From Candidatus Cloacimonadales bacterium (GTDB lineage: Bacteria; Cloacimonadota; Cloacimonadia; Cloacimonadales; JAFGVF01): a DNA stretch of 64,000 nucleotides. The translations under genes and the position numbers were made by a program. Below the pieces are notes generated by a model. That model was not told where the DNA came from. It did not search any database and saw only the letters and a program-made list of their open reading frames with translations. Positions 57,295 to 64,000 of this stretch are shown in pieces (the first letter of the stretch is position 1; the number at the start of each line of letters is the position of its first letter). The DNA lies in the NCBI GenBank assembly GCA_963662585.1, contig OY759729.1, forward strand, positions 2,848,001 through 2,912,000, in the 5' to 3' direction.

Positions 57295-58917
57295 ATGGAA
57301 ACATACCTTATAATAATAAATTCTTTGTTATTACTTCTAGTAATTGTTCTGCTTGTGAAAAGAAGCAAGCAGACAGTTACTGTAGAGAGAGAAGAGACAA
57401 GTGAATCAAACCATTTACGGATTACTGAAAAAGAGAATAATCTGCTTTTCCGACTCCATGTTCCTGCTATTAGAATTAATATCGAAGGCTTGATAGAAGA
57501 ATATAACTATAAAGCTAAAGATTTGATACCTAATATAGAGCTAGGAAAAACTTCTGAACCTGATTTAATAATCTCGTCTTATGAACCTCAACTCCCATTT
57601 AAAGAGGCTTTTATTAAGAGGGAGATAATAACAAAGAAGTTAGTGCTTGGGCAAAAACAATATGAAATGAAGATTATACCTATCTACCAACATAGTAATA
57701 TAAATGGATTTTATGAGATTTTTACAGATATTACAGAGCTAGAAGAGTTACGCAAAAGTAAAGAACAACGCTCTAAATTAGAGACTATTGGTCATCTCTC
57801 AATGGGAATGGCTCATGATTTCAATAATATTTTGCAAGTAATCATCGGTAATGCTGAACTTTGTTTAGATTACGGTGAAAGTAATGAAGTATATACTGAA
57901 AATATTGATACTATTATTCAAGCAGCTAATAAAGCCTCTTCTTTAACAAAACAGCTTCTTATCTTCTCCCGTAAGCAAGAAGTAGAATATATTGAAATGG
58001 ATGTCAATGACTCCTTAGTATATATGCGTAAGATGATAACAAGACTTATTGGTGAGAATATTAATATTGATTTAAAACTCTCCCAAGCTCCTGTTAAAAT
58101 CAAAGCTGATGAGATACAATTTGAGCAAATTATTCTTAATTTATGCTTGAATGCTCGTGACGCTATGGAGAATGGTGGTACTATCAAAATCTCTACTGAA
58201 GAGATTGAGGTAAAAGAGGGAGATTTCTCATCTAATGTAGAGAGAAGAGCAGGAAAATACTTGAAATTATCGGTTGCTGATACTGGAGTTGGTATATCTC
58301 CTGAACATATTGAAAAGATTTTTGAACCCTTCTTTACTACTAAAAAACAAGGTAAGGGTACAGGCTTAGGTTTATCTAATGTTCAAGGTATTGTTAAACA
58401 ATACAATGGCTTTGTTGATATTGAAAGCAATATTGGCTTTGGAACTGTATTTAAAGTCTATTTACCTGTTTATAAAAAGAGCTTAAGTAGCGTTCTAGTA
58501 GAAGAACAATTGGAAAAGAAGAAAGTTTTTGGCAAACAAGAGAAAGTTCTTCTAATTGAAGATGATAATCTAATCTGCAATGTTATCTTGAAAATCCTTA
58601 GAAAGAACAATTTTTCAGTTGTAGCTTGTAAAGATATTGCCTCAGCTTCTGAGATAATTAAGGAGAAATTAAATAGCTTAGATTTAATAATTTCAGATTT
58701 AATTCTTCCTGATGGTGATGGATATTCTCTTTATAATTCTTTAAAGAGCATAAATAGTAATGTCCCATTTATCATTACCAGTGGTTACTCTAAAGAAAAA
58801 GAAGAACTTAAGAAACTAATGAGTGAAGGTATTATGTTCCTAAGAAAACCATTTTCATCTGAAGATTTGCTAAATGCAGTTTTCACTACTTTGAAAAATA
58901 ATGATAACAAATCATAA
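57295..58917 (+). CDS. Hybrid sensor histidine kinase with receiver domain
   Basis: N-terminal TM, PAS-like region, [32 protein letters not shown]-terminal receiver. Confidence 0.93.
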   Translation: METYLIIINSLLLLLVIVLLVKRSKQTVTVEREETSESNHLRITEKENNLLFRLHVPAIRINIEGLIEEYNYKAKDLIPNIELGKTSEPDLIISSYEPQLPFKEAFIKREIITKKLVLGQKQYEMKIIPIYQHSNINGFYEIFTDITELEELRKSKEQRSKLETIGHLSMGMAHDFNNILQVIIGNAELCLDYGESNEVYTENIDTIIQAANKASSLTKQLLIFSRKQEVEYIEMDVNDSLVYMRKMITRLIGENINIDLKLSQAPVKIKADEIQFEQIILNLCLNARDAMENGGTIKISTEEIEVKEGDFSSNVERRAGKYLKLSVADTGVGISPEHIEKIFEPFFTTKKQGKGTGLGLSNVQGIVKQYNGFVDIESNIGFGTVFKVYLPVYKKSLSSVLVEEQLEKKKVFGKQEKVLLIEDDNLICNVILKILRKNNFSVVACKDIASASEIIKEKLNSLDLIISDLILPDGDGYSLYNSLKSINSNVPFIITSGYSKEKEELKKLMSEGIMFLRKPFSSEDLLNAVFTTLKNNDNKS

Positions 58918-58942
58918 AATTCTAAAAACTTAATGGTAAATT

Positions 58943-61291
58943 ATGTTAGATAAAGCAATGAAGTCAATATTAATAATTTTCTTCTTGAATATTATTATCT
59001 TACCCTTTTGGGCTTTAAACAAACTTGAACAGGAAATCAGTGATCTAGAAAAATCCACTACTCAAGATTCTATTTTAATAAGACTTTATGAAGAAGGATA
59101 TAATCAATTCCGAGTGAGTGATCCAGCAAAATCTATCCAATATCTAAAAAAGTTAGCAGTCGTTCATGAAAATATGGGTGATGTAGATAGGAAATTTGAT
59201 AGATTTGTTAGAATTGGTCAAATGTATCATACACTAGGAATGTATCCCTTTGCCTTAGAATATCTTTTTGAAGCAAGTGACTACTTTTTGAAAGTAGATG
59301 ATGATATCAGATTAGCTTGGCTGTACTCCGATATTGGAAATGTCTATTTTGCTCTGGGGCAATTTGATATTGCTGAACCATATTACAATAATGGACTTGA
59401 TATTATGCTTGATGGTGATGATAAGTATGGTCAGTCTGTAATGTTGAGTAATATAGCCTTGTGTCAAGGAGCTAGAGGTAATTACCAAGAATCTTTAAAA
59501 AAATTGGAAATAGCTTTAAAACTCAGATTAGAACTAGGTGGTGTATATGCAATTGACCACGCTAAGCTTCTCATTGCAAAACATTATGCTACTGTGGGAG
59601 AACTTGCTAAATCAGCTAAGGTTTATCTGGAAATCTGGGATGAGAACTTGTATGATGAAGAGTATACTGATGAATCAAAAATTCTAAAAGCTGTCTCTGG
59701 AGCAGCCCTTTTTAGTTACTACAAGAGTCTGGGTGATAATGCTATTGCTGAAAAGTATCTTGATGATAGTATATCATTGATAGAAGAAGTTGGTGATAAT
59801 TTTAGTTTAGTATCGGTTCTTGCCCAAAAAGCTAATTATCTGGTTGAGAAGAATCAAAATGATGATGCAATTAAAATATATAGAGAAATATTGGAATCTG
59901 CTAAAAATCATGGCTTTATCTCTAAAGCTCATGATTATTCTGATTGGTTGGTACAAATAAATCTTAAGGTAGGAAATATAGGAGAAGTTGAAAAATACTA
60001 TAGGGATTATTCTGCATTGACCGATTCACTTCTGAACCAAAAGAATCCAGAGAATTTAGTTAAGCTTCATTCAATTATTCAAAACCATCTTAAGGAAGTT
60101 GAGAATAATCATCTGAAAAAACAGCAGATTTATTCAAGAAGAATTTTGATCATAAGTATTATATTTTCGTTTATCATCGTCATCATGATAAGCTTAATTT
60201 ATATCAAAGATAAGAAAGATTTTGCTAAGATTAAAAACTTAGCTAATGCTTCTTCTGAAGGTATTATTGTTCATGACCGAGGTAATATTATTGATTATAA
60301 CAATCAGTTTAAGAGCATGTTTCAGAAGACAGATTCTGGCTTAATGCCCAAAAATATGTTAGAATATGCTCTCAATGATGGTTATGAAGATTTAAATAGG
60401 CTTCTTCTTGCTGACGAAAAAGTAGAATTAAAAACAAAACTACTTTCTGGTAATGGAAAAATTATTGATGTTAGAATCACATCAAGACCTTATACTTATA
60501 GACACAAAGAGGTGCGAGTTGCAGTAATCCAAGATATTACAAATATAAATCAATATATTAATTCGCTAATAGAAACACAAAAAGAGTTAAAAGTACTAAA
60601 TACTACCAAAGATAGATTATTCTCGGTGATTGCTCACGACTTAAAGAATCCTTTTAATGCAATTATCGGCTTCTCTAGTTTAATGAAAGATTCTTGGAAA
60701 AGTATCGATGCTGATGAAGTTGATGAGATGTTGGAGATGATTAATGAATCTTCTATTTCAGCCCATACTCTTTTAGAAAACCTCCTCGATTGGGCGAGAA
60801 TTCAAACAGGACAATTTAAAGTTAATCCTACAACTTTCAAATTATGTAATTCAATCAAAGAATCTTTTTCTCTTTTGGCAACTTCGATAAAGCTAAAGCA
60901 AATTGATGTAAATATTGAATGCGATGATTCTATAAAGATTTTTGCAGATTCTAGAATGCTGAACACCATAATTAGAAACCTCTTAACAAACTCTTTAAAG
61001 TTTACTCATGTTAATGGAGCAATTAATGTTAAAGTTAGTGAAGATTCGGAGTCGATTAAAATCTCTGTTGCAGATAACGGGGTTGGTATTTCACAGGAAG
61101 ATTTAGAAAATATGTTCAAAATCGATAGAATCACAAGTAATGTAGGAACTAATAATGAGAAAGGAACTGGTTTAGGCTTAATCCTCTGCAAAGAACTTGT
61201 TGAAATCCAAAAAGGGAAAATTATCATTGAGAGTGAGTTAGGAAAAGGAAGTAATTTCACTGTTCTTTTTCCTAGAAAAGAATTAATTTAA
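58943..61291 (+). CDS. TPR- and PAS-containing membrane sensor histidine kinase
   Basis: Signal peptide, TPR repeats, TM, PAS, AHDLKNPF, NLLTNSLKF, DNGVGI, GTGLGL. Confidence 0.93.
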   Translation: MLDKAMKSILIIFFLNIIILPFWALNKLEQEISDLEKSTTQDSILIRLYEEGYNQFRVSDPAKSIQYLKKLAVVHENMGDVDRKFDRFVRIGQMYHTLGMYPFALEYLFEASDYFLKVDDDIRLAWLYSDIGNVYFALGQFDIAEPYYNNGLDIMLDGDDKYGQSVMLSNIALCQGARGNYQESLKKLEIALKLRLELGGVYAIDHAKLLIAKHYATVGELAKSAKVYLEIWDENLYDEEYTDESKILKAVSGAALFSYYKSLGDNAIAEKYLDDSISLIEEVGDNFSLVSVLAQKANYLVEKNQNDDAIKIYREILESAKNHGFISKAHDYSDWLVQINLKVGNIGEVEKYYRDYSALTDSLLNQKNPENLVKLHSIIQNHLKEVENNHLKKQQIYSRRILIISIIFSFIIVIMISLIYIKDKKDFAKIKNLANASSEGIIVHDRGNIIDYNNQFKSMFQKTDSGLMPKNMLEYALNDGYEDLNRLLLADEKVELKTKLLSGNGKIIDVRITSRPYTYRHKEVRVAVIQDITNINQYINSLIETQKELKVLNTTKDRLFSVIAHDLKNPFNAIIGFSSLMKDSWKSIDADEVDEMLEMINESSISAHTLLENLLDWARIQTGQFKVNPTTFKLCNSIKESFSLLATSIKLKQIDVNIECDDSIKIFADSRMLNTIIRNLLTNSLKFTHVNGAINVKVSEDSESIKISVADNGVGISQEDLENMFKIDRITSNVGTNNEKGTGLGLILCKELVEIQKGKIIIESELGKGSNFTVLFPRKELI

Positions 61292-61345
61292 TTTTAAAAA
61301 AAAATACTTGTCAAAAAAACAGATGAAAATAACTTTTCTCAAAGT

Positions 61346-61423
61346 CGGGATGTAGCGCAGTCCGGGTAGCGTACCTGAATGGGGTTCAGGCGGTCGCTGG
61401 TTCAAATCCAGTCATCCCGACCA
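61346..61423 (+). tRNA. tRNA-Pro (anticodon GGG)
   Basis: CGGGATG/CATCCCG acceptor stem, anticodon arm CCTGA-ATGGGGT-TCAGG, GTTCAAATC T-loop, encoded CCA. Confidence 0.96.
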
Positions 61424-61573
61424 GTAGAATAATCTTAAAAAGTTCTTGACGAATTTATGGGGTTTTGCTATATATGAATGATATATATAAGGGAAGATAT
61501 ATATCTATACTAATACGACTTCTATTTTAATTAATTAAATAAAAAAAAATATATATGAAAAATAGGAGTCCAG

Positions 61574-62464
61574 ATGAAAAAACTATCTATTAATGGATTA
61601 AGTAAAACTTATTCTAATGGTACACATGCTCTTAAGGAAGTTAATTTAGAAATCACCCAAGGTATGTTTGGGTTATTAGGTCCTAATGGAGCAGGAAAAT
61701 CAACTTTAATGCGAACAATTGCTACACTTCAATCTAATGATACTGGTAATATCAAATTTGATGGTATTGATATACAAGAGAATAAAAATGAAATCAAAAA
61801 GAAATTAGGCTTCTTGCCTCAAAATTTCGATTTTTATCCTAATCTATCAGCTTGGGATACTCTTAATTATTATGCTGTTTTAAAAGGAATAACTAACAAT
61901 ACAGAAAGAAAGAATCTTGTTACTGAATGGTTAGTAAAAGTTAATCTTTTTGATCAGAGAAAGAAGAGAGTCGGTGGCTTTTCTGGTGGTATGAAACAGC
62001 GTTTAGGTATTGCTCAGGCACTGATTGCTAATCCTGAATTAGTCATCGTAGATGAACCAACAGCAGGTTTAGATCCTAAAGAAAGAAATCATTTTCATAA
62101 TATTCTTTCTGAAATCGGGGAAGATAAGATTGTGATTCTATCTACTCACATTGTTGATGATGTAAGTGATCTCTGTAGGGATATGGCTATTATTAATTTT
62201 GGTCAAGTTATTCTTCAAGGTTCTCCACTTACAGAAACTGAAAAGTTAAAGGGTAAAATCTGGAGAAAGCTAATCAAAAAAGATGAATTAGATTGGTATT
62301 CTAGCGAGTTTGAAGTAATCTCATCTCATCTCTACATGGGTGATATTAGAATAATTGTCCATTCAGATTATGAGCTTAATGGTTTTGAAGTAAAAGAACC
62401 TGATTTAGAAGATGTTTATTTCAAGACAATACCTCATCAAGGCGTTAAAGCCGGAGGTCAATAA
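61574..62464 (+). CDS. ABC transporter ATP-binding protein
   Basis: GPNGAGKST, FSGGMKQR, VDEPTAGLDP, STH. Confidence 0.95.
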   Translation: MKKLSINGLSKTYSNGTHALKEVNLEITQGMFGLLGPNGAGKSTLMRTIATLQSNDTGNIKFDGIDIQENKNEIKKKLGFLPQNFDFYPNLSAWDTLNYYAVLKGITNNTERKNLVTEWLVKVNLFDQRKKRVGGFSGGMKQRLGIAQALIANPELVIVDEPTAGLDPKERNHFHNILSEIGEDKIVILSTHIVDDVSDLCRDMAIINFGQVILQGSPLTETEKLKGKIWRKLIKKDELDWYSSEFEVISSHLYMGDIRIIVHSDYELNGFEVKEPDLEDVYFKTIPHQGVKAGGQ

Positions 62465-64000
62465 TGTTTCTAAGCCTCTTATCTTATGAATATAAATATC
62501 TGCTTCGCAGAGCTTCAACTTATATTTATGCCCTAATATTCTTTAGCTTAGGTTTCCTCCTAATGAATGCTTTTGCAGGAGCTTTTACTGGAATTAGAGT
62601 TCAAACAATGAATAGTGGGGCTGAACAGAGTTTTACCAATAGTTCAATTAATATTATGATGATTTCATCAGGATTAAATCTCTTGCTTATCCTCTTTATT
62701 GGTGGTTATTTAAGTGATATATTGCTGAAGGACTTTAGTCATAACTCCTTCCAATTAGTCTATACTAAACAGATTAGCAAAGCAAAATTATTATTTACCA
62801 GACTATTCGTTGGGATTACCACAGTAATAGGTATTTTCTTTTTCTTACAGTTTGGTTTGATGCTAGCTCAGTTTTCACCTTGGTTAGATGCTAAGCAGTT
62901 TCAATCATTCAATGCCTTGTATTATCTGAATCCCTTCTTTAAAATCTCTGTAACTAATATTATAATTGCCTCAGCTTTCTATACTTTAGTAGCGATAATA
63001 AGTAAGAAGAAACTTTATGTAAATATGTCAGCTGTCTTAATGTATCTTGTTTATACAGCAGTTATGGCTTTTAATAGTAAATTAGAACTTAAAGAAATAT
63101 CTGCTTTGTTTGATATGTTTGGATTATCAACATTAGGAATGATGACAGAAAACTGGACAATCGCTCAACGAAATACAGAATTATTACCCTTCTCATCTTA
63201 TTTTATGTATAATAGATTACTTTGGTTAGGAATAGCTCTTTTAATTTATTTACTTTCTTTCAGATTATACCAATTTACCTACCCACTAGCTAAGGTTAGT
63301 AAGAAAGAGAGAAAAAGTAATGAAATACAAGAAAAACCTGCTTATATTCATTATGGAATTATCTCTATCAATTGGAAGATTTCAACTTACTTTAAACAAT
63401 TTTGGCACTATTTTAAAATAGAATTAAAAATACTAACCCGTTCTGTGATCTTTAAGGTTTTTGGAGTGGTTTTTATCCTCTTTGTTTTTAGTTCATTAGC
63501 TAATTATAGTGCAATATATGATACAACAGTTCATCCAGTAACCTACATTGTAGTTGAGAATTTAAAAGGAATAGTCTTAGCTTTTGCAGTACTCTTTATT
63601 GCTGTTTTCAGTAGTGAATTAGTCTGGAAATCTCGTTCTGCCAACTGTGATTTCTTTGAAGATTCTTCGCCATTAAGAAATAGTATTAGAGCTATTTCTC
63701 ATGTAGCTACCCTAATTTTATCAATTTCCCTATTGTGGGTAATAGGAAGCATTATAGGAATGGGCTATCAAATCTATTATGGCTATTATAATATTGATTT
63801 AAGTCTTTATCTGATCTATGGTGGAATGTTACTTCTTCCTGTCTTAATGTATTCTGCAGTATCTATTCTAATCCAAAATCTTATGCCTAATCGAATGGCA
63901 GGAATTATTTTCTTCTTTGGTTTTTTCACAATAGTAGAATATCTCCCTTATATGGGTTTAGAACATCCTCTTTATCACATGTTTGATATTCCAGGAGTTA
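62464..64000 (+). CDS. ABC-2-type multi-pass permease, truncated by the window end
   Basis: ATG at 62464 overlaps the upstream stop, after a GGAGG RBS; MFLSLLSYEYKYLLRRASTYIY..; hydrophobic frame running to the window edge, which is why it is missing from the ORF track. Confidence 0.85.
   Translation, partial: MFLSLLSYEYKYLLRRASTYIYALIFFSLGFLLMNAFAGAFTGIRVQTMNSGAEQSFTNSSINIMMISSGLNLLLILFIGGYLSDILLKDFSHNSFQLVYTKQISKAKLLFTRLFVGITTVIGIFFFLQFGLMLAQFSPWLDAKQFQSFNALYYLNPFFKISVTNIIIASAFYTLVAIISKKKLYVNMSAVLMYLVYTAVMAFNSKLELKEISALFDMFGLSTLGMMTENWTIAQRNTELLPFSSYFMYNRLLWLGIALLIYLLSFRLYQFTYPLAKVSKKERKSNEIQEKPAYIHYGIISINWKISTYFKQFWHYFKIELKILTRSVIFKVFGVVFILFVFSSLANYSAIYDTTVHPVTYIVVENLKGIVLAFAVLFIAVFSSELVWKSRSANCDFFEDSSPLRNSIRAISHVATLILSISLLWVIGSIIGMGYQIYYGYYNIDLSLYLIYGGMLLLPVLMYSAVSILIQNLMPNRMAGIIFFFGFFTIVEYLPYMGLEHPLYHMFDIPGV

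Noticed and set aside
3558..61260. Numerous 60-146-aa ORFs antisense to or overlapping housekeeping genes (e.g. 9169-9447, 14317-14757, 26526-26885, 47500-47784)
   Set aside because: These are shadow frames of well-supported genes with no independent evidence.
61346..61570. Integrative element at tRNA-Pro
   Set aside because: No integrase follows the tRNA, and no duplicate of its 3' end was seen in the window.

Overview
AT-rich window of a diderm, probably anaerobic bacterium. The lipoproteins, GLUG/LruC/FGE proteins and outer-membrane barrels suggest Cloacimonadota, but taxonomy cannot be confirmed from sequence alone. Most of it is housekeeping backbone: pyk-coaE-folP, exbB/exbD/tonB-like, add, infC-rpmI-rplT-pheS-pheT-zapB/zapA-6S RNA-rny-ymdB-folD, EndoQ-like, pepP, coaD, dnaB, mlaE, trmL, transketolase, ddl, two histidine kinases, tRNA-Pro(GGG) and an ABC exporter. 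The least ordinary features are three non-coding islands (1-1000, 3917-5150, 27635-29280) built from about ten short palindromic REP-like or periodic modules that are reused, reordered, inverted and tandemly amplified. They include 462-bp x2, 228/229-bp x5 and 36-bp x4 arrays and one clean 29-bp REP insertion, with no transposase gene in the window. Also notable are a ~15-kb accessory block (LruC lipoprotein, a triple-lesion pseudogene, a GLUG-GLUG-FGE operon, a palindromic MITE-like element) and a candidate trans-envelope signalling operon (double-FecR protein, outer-membrane barrel, CHASE2 adenylate cyclase). All alignments and folds were done by eye.
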